This document shows, in pieces, positions 37,178 through 46,630 of a stretch of DNA of 64,000 nucleotides. The stretch spans positions 18,794 to 82,793 of the forward strand of contig JAUNNY010000004.1 of assembly GCA_030531215.1 (NCBI GenBank), given 5' to 3'. Numbering within the stretch: the stretch's first letter is position 1; the number at the start of each line of letters is the position of its first letter. Source of the DNA: Erysipelotrichaceae bacterium (lineage in GTDB: Bacteria > Bacillota_I > Bacilli_A > Erysipelotrichales > Erysipelotrichaceae). The notes beneath the pieces were generated by a model, which was not told the DNA's origin, did not search any database, and was given only the letters and a program-made list of their open reading frames with translations. Made by a program: the position numbers and the translations under genes.

Positions 37178-38368
37178 TTACTTCCTCCTATAATTGTCTA
37201 AAACGCTTGTTTCGAATGAATATGTCATTTTCTCTCTTTTTGCATATCTTCTTAATGCATTTTGAATCAATAACTCACATTCTTTATCAAATTCAATTCC
37301 GTTTTCTTTCCATAAATAGAAAGCTAATGAACCAGGAATTGTATTAATCTCATTACAATATACTTTGCCAGTAGACTTATCAATCATAAAATCGATTCTA
37401 ACACAGCCATGAGCATTTAGTATCCTAAACACTTTAGTTGCGATATCTTCAATCTTAGCCCTTTGGACTTTGGTAATATTTGCTGGAATCTTTCTGGCTG
37501 TAGACGCCATTCCTTTGGAACCTGTTACCTTGCTTCCAACTTTTGAAGGTATCTTCTTGCCAGATTTACTTCCTCCCATATATTTCTTGTTGTAATCCAA
37601 GAAACCATTTGTAACTTCTTCAATAACAGACACTCTAGAATCTTCGATGCCACCAATAACAGATATATTAACCTCTTTAAGTTTATTAATCATCTTTTCA
37701 ACCACAACCTTAAAGTCATAGGTTAAACAGTTTTCTATTTTTTCTTTAAATTCTTTCTTTGTTTTGATAACCTCAATGCCTATTGATGAACCTAAGTTCG
37801 CGGGTTTTGCAATTAATGGATAACCAATTTTATCAGCTTGTTTTTGATAGTCTTTAATTTTATCTCCGAAATCACTTTGATAAACCACAAAATAGTCAAC
37901 CATTGGAACACCTTCGGCTTTAAAGATGTCTTTCATAACTACTTTATCTTGGCCAACGGCACCACCCAATACATCACAAGATGTATATGGAATATCTAGC
38001 ATCTGTAAGAATCCAGCTAATGTTCCGTCTTCAACGTTTGTTCCGTGAACTACTGGGAAAGCGATATCAATATAGCCAATTTTGTTATTAAACAAAGATC
38101 TTTTGACTGGAGCAACTACAACTCTATTACCATCTTTATAGATAGTGACCTTTGTAAGAGATGCACCAGGGTCATTAATAAATTCGGGATAATTGCTTAA
38201 ATCAAACAGTAAATCGGAACAATAAAATTCATTGTCTTTTGAAATATAGATAGGCAAAACATCATACTTATCTTGATTAATGGCATTAAGTACTTGATTC
38301 GCGCTTATACAACTTATTTCATGTTCGGTAGATTTTCCACCAAAAAAGACTCCAACGTTAATCTTCAT
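37178..38368 (-). CDS. ddl: D-alanine--D-alanine ligase with a Lys/Ser/Gly-rich insertion after the omega-loop Tyr
   Basis: 396 aa. ATP-grasp motifs (GGKSTEHEIS, KPANLGSSIG, EINTIPG). The omega-loop DYNKKY retains Tyr and is followed by MGGSKSGKKIPSKVGSKVTGSKGMASTARK. Confidence 0.85.
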   Translation of the reverse strand: MKINVGVFFGGKSTEHEISCISANQVLNAINQDKYDVLPIYISKDNEFYCSDLLFDLSNYPEFINDPGASLTKVTIYKDGNRVVVAPVKRSLFNNKIGYIDIAFPVVHGTNVEDGTLAGFLQMLDIPYTSCDVLGGAVGQDKVVMKDIFKAEGVPMVDYFVVYQSDFGDKIKDYQKQADKIGYPLIAKPANLGSSIGIEVIKTKKEFKEKIENCLTYDFKVVVEKMINKLKEVNISVIGGIEDSRVSVIEEVTNGFLDYNKKYMGGSKSGKKIPSKVGSKVTGSKGMASTARKIPANITKVQRAKIEDIATKVFRILNAHGCVRIDFMIDKSTGKVYCNEINTIPGSLAFYLWKENGIEFDKECELLIQNALRRYAKREKMTYSFETSVLDNYRRK

Positions 38369-38386
38369 ATATCTAATTATACTATC

Positions 38387-39949
38387 TTATATAGAAAATG
38401 CATCAGGTAAGTCGTTCTCCAATAAAATGGTATCTTTATCAGAAAACTTACTATAAACGTGCGATAATGCTTCTTTTGCTGATTTAACTATAATCACATT
38501 TTTCATATTGAATTTGCTATCTTTTAAGCCATCATATATATATTGGGTTTGTTTTTCGCCAACTAATATTACATAATCAGCTTTATTTTTCATATATTTA
38601 CCAAATTCATAATTAAAGTCATTTTCTTTTGCACCCAAATCAATCATTCCAGGTGTAACAATAACTCTCTCTCCAGGCATCATACTCAACACATCAAGAG
38701 CCATTTTTGAACCAACAGGATTTGAATTAAACGCATCATCTATAAATGTATAATTATTTATTTTTTTAACTTCAAGACGATGCTCAACTTGTTTAACAGC
38801 TTTTACATTTTTAACTATTTCTTTTGCGGAAATACCCAATTCATCTGCTAAAGCTATAGCTGCTAGTAAGTTAGTAACATTATGCTCGCCAAGCAAGCTC
38901 GTTTCAAAAGTACAATTTTTCTTTCCTAGTTTTACAGTAAATGAAGAACCATCTTTGCTATATTTGATGTTTTTTGCAACATAATCAGCATTCTTATTTT
39001 TAACACCAATTGATACAACTTTTACATCATTGTTGATCTTGTAATTTTGAATATATTCATTATCTAGATTGATGATTCCAAGTCCATCAGCAGGTAACAT
39101 TTCTATCATTCTCATCTTTTCTTTAATAATGTTGTCCATGGATTTAAATGTCAATAAATGTTGAGGACCTATTGATGTTACGATGCCGTATTTTGGTTTC
39201 ACAAAATCCATTAAATAAGAAACTTGCCCAACTCTAGTTGCACTTATTTCACAAACAAATACCTCGTGAATTGGTTTCATCATTTCTCTAATTGTTCTAG
39301 TGATACCCATTGGAGTGTTATAACTAGCTGGGGTCATTAAAGTATAGTATGTTTCACCCAAAACACTAGCAACGATATTCTTAGTACTAGTTTTCCCATA
39401 TGAACCAGTGATACCTATTGTAATTAAATCTTTCATGCTATAAAGAGTTTTCTTGGCATCATCTTCATAATGCTTCTTTATTAGATTTTCAACAGGTTCA
39501 CTAAGTGCTCCTACTAAAAAGATTAATAGATAAGGTCCATATATCGCGATGAATCCATCAGCCCAAATAGGCATAATTCTTGTATAAGCATAAGTTAGTA
39601 TTATTGATAATATTGTTGTTAATACTATTTGTCTCTTTACTCTAGAGGTGATTACTAGTGGTTTTATATATTGTGTATCTAATTCAGATACAATCATGTA
39701 AATCGCAAAAATAATGCTCAATAATAATCCTATTAAAATCTCATATATTGCATCAAAAATAAGACATTCAACAATCATTAACGCAAAATAGACTAGCACC
39801 ATTGAAAAATGAATATTGTTTTTGTTGAATAACCACTTTGCATAACGATATAACTCATAGTGATTTTGTTGAAACATATGCAAAGCATTCTTTATGAAAA
39901 CAAAAGAAAGCGACAAGAAAACAATTACAAAGATTACACTAATAGTCAT
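38387..39949 (-). CDS. murF: MurF-like Mur ligase with an N-terminal polytopic membrane domain
   Basis: 520 aa. The first ~150 aa hold about 5 hydrophobic segments, followed by P-loop GITGSYGKTSTK and C-terminal IDDAFNSNP. Directly upstream of ddl. Confidence 0.65.
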   Translation of the reverse strand: MTISVIFVIVFLSLSFVFIKNALHMFQQNHYELYRYAKWLFNKNNIHFSMVLVYFALMIVECLIFDAIYEILIGLLLSIIFAIYMIVSELDTQYIKPLVITSRVKRQIVLTTILSIILTYAYTRIMPIWADGFIAIYGPYLLIFLVGALSEPVENLIKKHYEDDAKKTLYSMKDLITIGITGSYGKTSTKNIVASVLGETYYTLMTPASYNTPMGITRTIREMMKPIHEVFVCEISATRVGQVSYLMDFVKPKYGIVTSIGPQHLLTFKSMDNIIKEKMRMIEMLPADGLGIINLDNEYIQNYKINNDVKVVSIGVKNKNADYVAKNIKYSKDGSSFTVKLGKKNCTFETSLLGEHNVTNLLAAIALADELGISAKEIVKNVKAVKQVEHRLEVKKINNYTFIDDAFNSNPVGSKMALDVLSMMPGERVIVTPGMIDLGAKENDFNYEFGKYMKNKADYVILVGEKQTQYIYDGLKDSKFNMKNVIIVKSAKEALSHVYSKFSDKDTILLENDLPDAFSI

Positions 39950-40701
39950 TAATAATCACTCCTTAAAAAAGCATCCAATACGTTCACAAATCTTATTGCC
40001 TCGTTAAAATAAGCAAAATGATCATCATTTTCAAAAACAACCAAGGCAGCATTAGGCATAAGCTTTTCCATAAGCTGTCCTTTAGTAACTGGTGTAGCTT
40101 TATCGTTTTCACCAAACACCAATAATGTTTCACATTCAATATCTTTAAGCAATGGCGTTGTATCTTCGTTGACCACTTTTACAAACGTTTTCTTCATTAC
40201 GCCACTTGTATTTTTATAATCATCACTGCCAACTTTACTTTCAAACTTTTCCCTATATTTTTCAAATGGCTTTAAACTTAATATTTTCTTGCCAAGTTTA
40301 TATGAATATGTTTTAAAATACCATTTTATTGTGCGCTTATCTCTGATGCCCGCCGCACCTGTTAAGCACATCTTATGAGCACTATATTTATATGCATATC
40401 TGACCGCGATTCTGCAACCAAAAGAATGAGCTATAATTATTGGATTTTTTATTTTGTTCTTTAAACAAAAATCGTGGATAAATTCAGTATAATCGTTAGT
40501 ATCCCAAGCTACTTTTGGTTCATCAGACTGACCGAACCCGGGGAAATCAATATTGTAAACTATAAAATGTTTTTTTAAACTTTCAGCAATAAAAGACATC
40601 ATCGAAGTGTTCTGTCCCCAACCATGAAGAAGAAGCACTTTTTTGCCTTTAGTCCCTGATTTTTCATAGTATATATTCAGTCCATTTACATTAGTTATCA
40701 T
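39949..40701 (-). CDS. alpha/beta hydrolase
   Basis: 250 aa. HGWG oxyanion region, nucleophile elbow AHSFG, C-terminal DH. Confidence 0.75.
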   Translation of the reverse strand: MITNVNGLNIYYEKSGTKGKKVLLLHGWGQNTSMMSFIAESLKKHFIVYNIDFPGFGQSDEPKVAWDTNDYTEFIHDFCLKNKIKNPIIIAHSFGCRIAVRYAYKYSAHKMCLTGAAGIRDKRTIKWYFKTYSYKLGKKILSLKPFEKYREKFESKVGSDDYKNTSGVMKKTFVKVVNEDTTPLLKDIECETLLVFGENDKATPVTKGQLMEKLMPNAALVVFENDDHFAYFNEAIRFVNVLDAFLRSDY

Positions 40702-42056
40702 GACTCAATTATACCCTTTTTGCTATTCTTTTTCTTTGATGGCTTTTTGAATTTTCTTACACCATATACTCTAAATACAACACCATCATCCATATTTTCA
40801 CCCACAACATTATATCCGTAAGTTTCAGTTACCTTTTTAACGATTGATAGACCCAAACCAAATTTGCCTTTGGTTCCTTTTTCGTATGGCTTAAATAATT
40901 TGCTGATACGATCTTTGTCCATCAAATCGCCATCATTGTATACTTCTAATAAATCTTTGCTAAGAGAAATCCTGATTGTAGTTTTTGCATATCTGATTGC
41001 ATTATCTAATAGATTTTCAACCACAACGCGCCAAGGCTCTTCTTCACCATGAAAGTAAACATCATCATCTATTTCAGTTTCAATACTTATATCGTTTCTT
41101 AGTACTTCACAAGATAGAATTGCTTTTCTAATAACCGGAGCCATTTGCAAATTAAGTATGTCCTCATTTTCATCAGTAAGGTAGCCTAACTTATTAAAAG
41201 TGATTAGACTATACACTTTCTTTTCTAATCTATTAGCATGTTCAATGATTACATCAACAGATTTTTCTAGAGTATCATAAGGATAAATTCCATCCTTAAT
41301 TGATTCAGAATACGATTTGATAGTTGCGATTGGAGTTTTTAAATCATGAGAGATGTTTTGAATCATTTCTTGGCGGATATGTTCCTGCTGATCAAGTTCG
41401 TTCTGCATACTTACTAAAGCTTCAGCAACTTCACCTATTTCATCTCGCCTATTGATTTGCAATTCTGCATCTTCGCCAACTTTAATTTTATTAATATAGT
41501 TTCTAATAGAATTTAGTGGCCTAATTAAAGACACAACCCACATCATAATAAATACTACTAAGGCAACAACCACATACATGGTAACATTAACAACACCAGT
41601 AAAAAGAGCGTTTTTGAATTCATTACGATACCCTTGTTTAACGATTGATAATAAGTGGTAATTATTATTATATAATCTGATAGAGTACACAACATCATCG
41701 TCACGATATTCGATTTTACCATCATAGATATCTCCATCAATTATAGGATTTATTCTAGAAACAATAGTTCTATATTCTTCAGGAATTGTGTTTAAATATT
41801 TATTTGATGAATCACTATAAATGAAGTGAACAACATTAGTATCAGTATATTCATCATATTGATTGTTGACGGAATAAATATAATCTTCTTGTGCACGATG
41901 TATATATGAGTGCATTTGAGCATTAACGAAAGTATCAATATTATTTATTAAAGATGTAAAGATAAAGAATATTAAGGCAGCAATTGTTAAAAAACCAATT
42001 GTTAAAAATTGTTGCAATAGCGTAAAATTACTAAGCCAAATTCTTATTCTTTTCAT
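40698..42056 (-). CDS. sensor histidine kinase (2 TM, HAMP, HisKA, HATPase_c)
   Basis: 452 aa. H-box ISHDLKTP, N-box LDNAIRY, G-boxes YNDGD and GLGLSIV. Confidence 0.9.
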   Translation of the reverse strand: MKRIRIWLSNFTLLQQFLTIGFLTIAALIFFIFTSLINNIDTFVNAQMHSYIHRAQEDYIYSVNNQYDEYTDTNVVHFIYSDSSNKYLNTIPEEYRTIVSRINPIIDGDIYDGKIEYRDDDVVYSIRLYNNNYHLLSIVKQGYRNEFKNALFTGVVNVTMYVVVALVVFIMMWVVSLIRPLNSIRNYINKIKVGEDAELQINRRDEIGEVAEALVSMQNELDQQEHIRQEMIQNISHDLKTPIATIKSYSESIKDGIYPYDTLEKSVDVIIEHANRLEKKVYSLITFNKLGYLTDENEDILNLQMAPVIRKAILSCEVLRNDISIETEIDDDVYFHGEEEPWRVVVENLLDNAIRYAKTTIRISLSKDLLEVYNDGDLMDKDRISKLFKPYEKGTKGKFGLGLSIVKKVTETYGYNVVGENMDDGVVFRVYGVRKFKKPSKKKNSKKGIIES

Positions 42057-42706
42057 CCAAGTCTATATCCGAATCCATATATTGTTTGTATATTCAATTC
42101 AGGCATTTTCTTTCTTAATCTTCTTAAAGTATCATCTACAACTCTATCAGATCCATAATAATTTTCATCCCAAATACGTTCAAGTATTTGATTGCGTAAG
42201 AATGCAGTGCCTTTATTTCTGACAAACAACATCATTAAATCAAATTCTTTTGTTGTAAGTTCAATCTGTTGATTTCCTTTATAGACAATTCTTTGTTGTT
42301 CATCTATTGAATATCCGTTTATTTCGATTCTGTTATCGTCTTTATAAACACGTTTCATAATAGCATTGATTCTAAGTACTAATTCTTTTGGTGAGAAAGG
42401 TTTTGTAATGTAATCATCGCTTCCTTTTTCTAACCCAATGATACGATCAAATTCTTTATCACGTGCCGACATAAATACTACAGGGGTGTTTTGATTGCGA
42501 GCCTTTATCTCTTCAATCAGATCAAAACCAGATTTATCATCAAGCATAATATCTAATATCCATAAATCACAATAATCATCTAGATGCGAATATGCTTCAT
42601 CAAAAGTAAGATATGAATTAACGACATAGTCTTCTTTTTCCAAATAAGATTTCACAAGTTCATTTAAATCTTTTTCATCTTCAACAACATTGATTATTTT
42701 TTTCAT
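42053..42706 (-). CDS. OmpR-family response regulator
   Basis: 217 aa. Receiver (DLWILDIML, phospho-Asp context) plus winged-helix C-terminus (IQTIYGFGYRL). Confidence 0.9.
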   Translation of the reverse strand: MKKIINVVEDEKDLNELVKSYLEKEDYVVNSYLTFDEAYSHLDDYCDLWILDIMLDDKSGFDLIEEIKARNQNTPVVFMSARDKEFDRIIGLEKGSDDYITKPFSPKELVLRINAIMKRVYKDDNRIEINGYSIDEQQRIVYKGNQQIELTTKEFDLMMLFVRNKGTAFLRNQILERIWDENYYGSDRVVDDTLRRLRKKMPELNIQTIYGFGYRLG

Positions 42707-42730
42707 AATTGTTCCCTCTAATTATATAAA

Positions 42731-42750
42731 GGCTATGATTCCGCATAGCC
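42731..42750 (-). terminator. hairpin formed by the last glmM codons (partial terminator/attenuator candidate)
   Basis: Minus strand GGCTATG-CGGAAT-CATAGCC followed by TTTATAT. Only 26 nt separate the glmM stop from the response-regulator ATG. Confidence 0.45.
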
Positions 42751-44076
42751 CTTTTCTTTAATCATATCTATAACTTGATAAACATATTTATTACATAGTT
42801 CATCATTTTCGGCTTCCACCATCACTCTAATTAACGGCTCAGTACCAGAAGGTCTAACCAAAATACGACCATTATTTCCTAACTCTTCCGCAATATTCGC
42901 AATTAATTTACTTATTTGTTCATCATTAAGAACTACATTTTTATCTTTTACTTTTTCATTTACAAGTAGTTGTGGATAAATTCTTAATTCTTTTACCGCC
43001 TCTTTAAGACTGCAATCAAAATGCTTTAACGCTTTTAATAACAGTAAGGCAGTTTTTAAACCATCACCAAAACATGAATCTTCAGAATATATAATATGTC
43101 CTGATTGTTCACCACCAATCACAAATTTATTTTTGATAATAGAATCTATTACACTCTTATCACCGACCGGTGTAATATCGTAATCAATTCCAACTTTAGT
43201 TAACGCTTTATACAAGCCGATATTAGACATTACGGTAGTAACTAATGTATTGCCTTTTAATTTGCCGATATCTTTTAAATATTTAGCCAACAAATACATA
43301 ACGTTGTCACCGTCTACAACATCTCCATCTTGGTTTACAAACAGCACTCTATCGGCATCTCCATCGAATGCAAATCCTAAATCATATTGTCCTTCTTTGA
43401 CTGCAGCAATTAAACTTTCAAGATGAGTTGAACCACAACCGTTATTTATATTTGTTCCGTTTGGATTATCGTTGATATAAGTAATTTGCGCATGAGTATT
43501 TGCTAAAACATCTTTTGCAGTATAGCAATTAGAACCATTACATAAATCTACAACTAATTTCATTTCTGATAAATCTAGTTGATATAATTCGTTTAGCCAG
43601 TTTTGATAAGATACTACTGCTTGTTTGTATTCTATTATTTTGCCTATTTGATCATCTTCTTTATATTTGATGGTTGTTGGATTATCGATATAGTCTTCTA
43701 TTAAACCTTCTATATCATCTTTGATCTTTAGCCCATCAGGACCAAATATTTTTACACCATTATCATAATACGGATTGTGTGAAGCGCTTATCATAACACC
43801 GCATGAGAATTTTTCGTGCATAGTTGTATATGCTAAACATGGCGTTGAACAATAACCAACCAAATATACATCAGCTCCCGAACTAGACATTGCCGAAGCT
43901 AGAGCATATTCAAACATAGAACTAGATAATCTAGTATCCATGCCTATAACTATCTTTGCTTTTTTATTTTGACCATAATAATAACCAACAAATCTGCCGA
44001 TATTATATACGGTTTCTATATTTAATGTTTTATTAGCACGGCCTCTAACACCATCGGTACCAAAGTAACGTCCCAT
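42733..44076 (-). CDS. glmM: phosphoglucosamine mutase
   Basis: 447 aa. Active-site SASHNPYYDNG, Mg site FDGDADR, GEQSGH. Confidence 0.95.
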   Translation of the reverse strand: MGRYFGTDGVRGRANKTLNIETVYNIGRFVGYYYGQNKKAKIVIGMDTRLSSSMFEYALASAMSSSGADVYLVGYCSTPCLAYTTMHEKFSCGVMISASHNPYYDNGVKIFGPDGLKIKDDIEGLIEDYIDNPTTIKYKEDDQIGKIIEYKQAVVSYQNWLNELYQLDLSEMKLVVDLCNGSNCYTAKDVLANTHAQITYINDNPNGTNINNGCGSTHLESLIAAVKEGQYDLGFAFDGDADRVLFVNQDGDVVDGDNVMYLLAKYLKDIGKLKGNTLVTTVMSNIGLYKALTKVGIDYDITPVGDKSVIDSIIKNKFVIGGEQSGHIIYSEDSCFGDGLKTALLLLKALKHFDCSLKEAVKELRIYPQLLVNEKVKDKNVVLNDEQISKLIANIAEELGNNGRILVRPSGTEPLIRVMVEAENDELCNKYVYQVIDMIKEKGYAES

Positions 44077-45419
44077 TATTCACCAGCCTCAACAAAGGTA
44101 ATATTTACAACGTTCTTTGATAACGCGAATGATACATATGGATTTGAATTACATTCAATAACAAGTGGAAGTTCATATGTTCCTGGTTCCAAACCGTCAC
44201 AATCAAAGTATACTGATACACTTTCATCATCAAAAGCATCTAAATTAGCTTGTGAACCAGTAACAATGACATCAACCTTATCAACATCAATTTCAGATAC
44301 AGCAAGATTATTATTGTTGTTCTTGTATAGTAACGAAACATCCTTGATTGTCTTTGTTGATACTTCTGCAAGTTCAACTTTTACATTAACCATTGTTACC
44401 TCAGAAGAAGAAACGTTGGCAGGAAGCGTTACTGGAAGCATTATTTCGGCTTCGTTAGTTATCGTTGATAAATCGAAATCAACATATACTTCTTCAATAG
44501 TTGCTAGAACAGCTTCAGAAGCATAGATTTCTGTTGTTTGATGATCCATAGAAACAGAATCTACAGCTAAACCTTCAGGTGCTTTACCAGTTGGGTTAAG
44601 TTTAATATTTACACTCTTATGTGGAGAAGATACTTTAACTTGAGCAGTAACTGTACTTGGCACAATTTCAGCATCAACAACTTTACCATTCTTGTCATAA
44701 GCTACTAGCGGCGCATCTATTTCAAAATCAGTGTTTTGACCTGAAACATCGATTAACGCTTTAACTAGAGATATAGAATTTAATGTATCTTGAGATGCAC
44801 GAATATTAATTTTTGATCCCGATAAGAATGTTGGTTGAGATAAAATATATTTTGAATCTAATGCATTTTGATTAATGTAATCATATGATAAATCGAATTG
44901 CATCGTAGTCTTCTTCTTTAACGTCACCGATACTTCGCTAGGGTTTACAACTGCGTTTACACTGTCACCATATCCACTTGCAGTCATTTTTACAGTATGA
45001 GTTCCTTCTGTGTAACCTTCTAGGTTGATTGAGCAATAGCCTTTTTTTGTTGAAGCATTAGTAACATTTGCTGCTTCACCAGACAATATAACTTCACAAC
45101 TACTAGGTGCACCTACTAGCTCAAATGATTCTGAATTATATCTAGCTGAGATAGAAACATTTGATAGCGTCTTAGAACTATTCAAGGCAGCCGCTGAAGA
45201 AGTATCATATGTTACTACAAAATATGATAAACATGCTAAAAGTAGAGCAAATAAACCGGTATATTTCTTTGAATAAAATAGACGATCAATAATTGATGAT
45301 ATCCATCTAAAGAATCTAAAAACTGTCTCCTCTATTGATTCGTATATGGTTCTAACTTCATTGCTAGATTTAGAGGCTATCTTTTTGGCTTGTTCAACTT
45401 TACGCTTATCTTCAGCCAT
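44076..45419 (-). CDS. cdaR: CdaR (YbbR-domain) regulator of diadenylate cyclase
   Basis: 447 aa. N-terminal TM followed by repeated YbbR-like beta domains. Sits between cdaA and glmM with 1-nt overlaps. Confidence 0.85.
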   Translation of the reverse strand: MAEDKRKVEQAKKIASKSSNEVRTIYESIEETVFRFFRWISSIIDRLFYSKKYTGLFALLLACLSYFVVTYDTSSAAALNSSKTLSNVSISARYNSESFELVGAPSSCEVILSGEAANVTNASTKKGYCSINLEGYTEGTHTVKMTASGYGDSVNAVVNPSEVSVTLKKKTTMQFDLSYDYINQNALDSKYILSQPTFLSGSKINIRASQDTLNSISLVKALIDVSGQNTDFEIDAPLVAYDKNGKVVDAEIVPSTVTAQVKVSSPHKSVNIKLNPTGKAPEGLAVDSVSMDHQTTEIYASEAVLATIEEVYVDFDLSTITNEAEIMLPVTLPANVSSSEVTMVNVKVELAEVSTKTIKDVSLLYKNNNNNLAVSEIDVDKVDVIVTGSQANLDAFDDESVSVYFDCDGLEPGTYELPLVIECNSNPYVSFALSKNVVNITFVEAGE

Positions 45420-46522
45420 TAGTCGTCCTCCCTTCTAGTGTTATCTTCAATGATAACTATTTCATCATCTTCAATTTCTGCTTCATTTTTATTGTTTGAT
45501 ACCACATTTTCTTCATTATGAAGATTATCGTATTTAATACGATTGTTTGTTGGCACTTTCATATCAAGTTCGTTTTCTTCATCTAACTCGATATTTTCGG
45601 TATCATCCTTTTCATTCTTTTTCTTTTTTAATCTTGAGAATATGCTACGATTTCCATCATCTTCTTTAGAAATTAACAAGCCCGATTCATCTTGAATTAA
45701 TAAACTATTTCTTTGCTTAGAATGTTTCTCTATTGCGATTTCATCATTACAAATAACTCTTCTTAAATAATCCTTTAATTGTTGTTCATCAACAGAGAAT
45801 ATTTTGCCATTTTCAGCAATGGAAATAGCGCTGGTTTCTTCTGAAACAACAATTGTTAATGCGTCAGATACTTCAGCTATACCTAGAGCAGCACGATGTC
45901 TAGCACCATATCTTGAAGATAAATTAACATTTGTTGGAGGGAAATAAGCACTAGCACAGGCAACCTTATCACCTTGAATAATTACGGCACCATCATGTAA
46001 AGGTGTGGTGGTCATAAATATTGAACATAGCAGTTCTTTTGTGACATTAGCGTTAACATTTATACCTGTCTTTATATAGTCTTGTAATGATTGAGATTGT
46101 TCTATCGAAATTAAAGCTCCTGTTCTAGATTTAGATAATGTAATTGTAGCTTCATATAATTCTTCGACAAGCTTTTCTCTTTCATTTGATAATAATGATG
46201 ATATTCGGGAAAAAGCGTTGGTTTTGCCTATCTTTTCTAAGAGCCTTCGTATTTCTGGCTGGAAAATGATAATACAAGCTAAAAGACCCCAATTAATAAA
46301 CATATCTGTAAAATATGTGATGGTTTGTAATCCTAATAGCTTAGCTACACCATTTATTGCGACAATCGCTATAATTCCTTTAAATATTTGGATAGTTCTT
46401 GAATTATTACGTACAGCCTTAATAGTATAGTAAAAAACAAACCACATTACGGCTATATCTATCAAGACTCTAAAGACTGTCCATATATTTTGGATGGTCA
46501 GATTAATATTATAATCAGCCAC
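45419..46522 (-). CDS. cdaA: diadenylate cyclase CdaA with ~90-aa acidic/Lys-rich C-terminal extension
   Basis: 367 aa. 3 N-terminal TMs, DAC motifs DGAVII and GARHRAA. The tail after ~residue 275 is low-complexity (KKKKNEKDDTENIELDEENE...). Confidence 0.9.
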   Translation of the reverse strand: MADYNINLTIQNIWTVFRVLIDIAVMWFVFYYTIKAVRNNSRTIQIFKGIIAIVAINGVAKLLGLQTITYFTDMFINWGLLACIIIFQPEIRRLLEKIGKTNAFSRISSLLSNEREKLVEELYEATITLSKSRTGALISIEQSQSLQDYIKTGINVNANVTKELLCSIFMTTTPLHDGAVIIQGDKVACASAYFPPTNVNLSSRYGARHRAALGIAEVSDALTIVVSEETSAISIAENGKIFSVDEQQLKDYLRRVICNDEIAIEKHSKQRNSLLIQDESGLLISKEDDGNRSIFSRLKKKKNEKDDTENIELDEENELDMKVPTNNRIKYDNLHNEENVVSNNKNEAEIEDDEIVIIEDNTRREDD

Positions 46523-46573
46523 GAATCCTCCTAACTAAAATACTCTTTATATTATAGCATAATCATCTCATAT

Positions 46574-46624
46574 CAAAAAAACTGAGCAGGGCCAATTTCA
46601 AATAAATTTTAGGTTATGCTCAGT
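46574..46624 (-). terminator. candidate terminator after the HAD gene
   Basis: Minus strand ACTGAGCA-N28-TGCTCAGT followed by TTTTTTTG. The loop is unusually long. An extended -10 (TGCTATAAT, 46551-46559) for cdaA lies just downstream. Confidence 0.45.
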
Positions 46625-46630
46625 ATATAT

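Noticed and set aside
37178-42706. A van-like glycopeptide resistance cluster (two-component system next to a D-Ala ligase and a Mur ligase).
   Set aside because: No vanH-type dehydrogenase, vanX/vanY dipeptidase or serine racemase is present. The ligase keeps the omega-loop Tyr (DYNKKY) typical of D-Ala-D-Ala enzymes. The genes look like the housekeeping murF-ddl pair.
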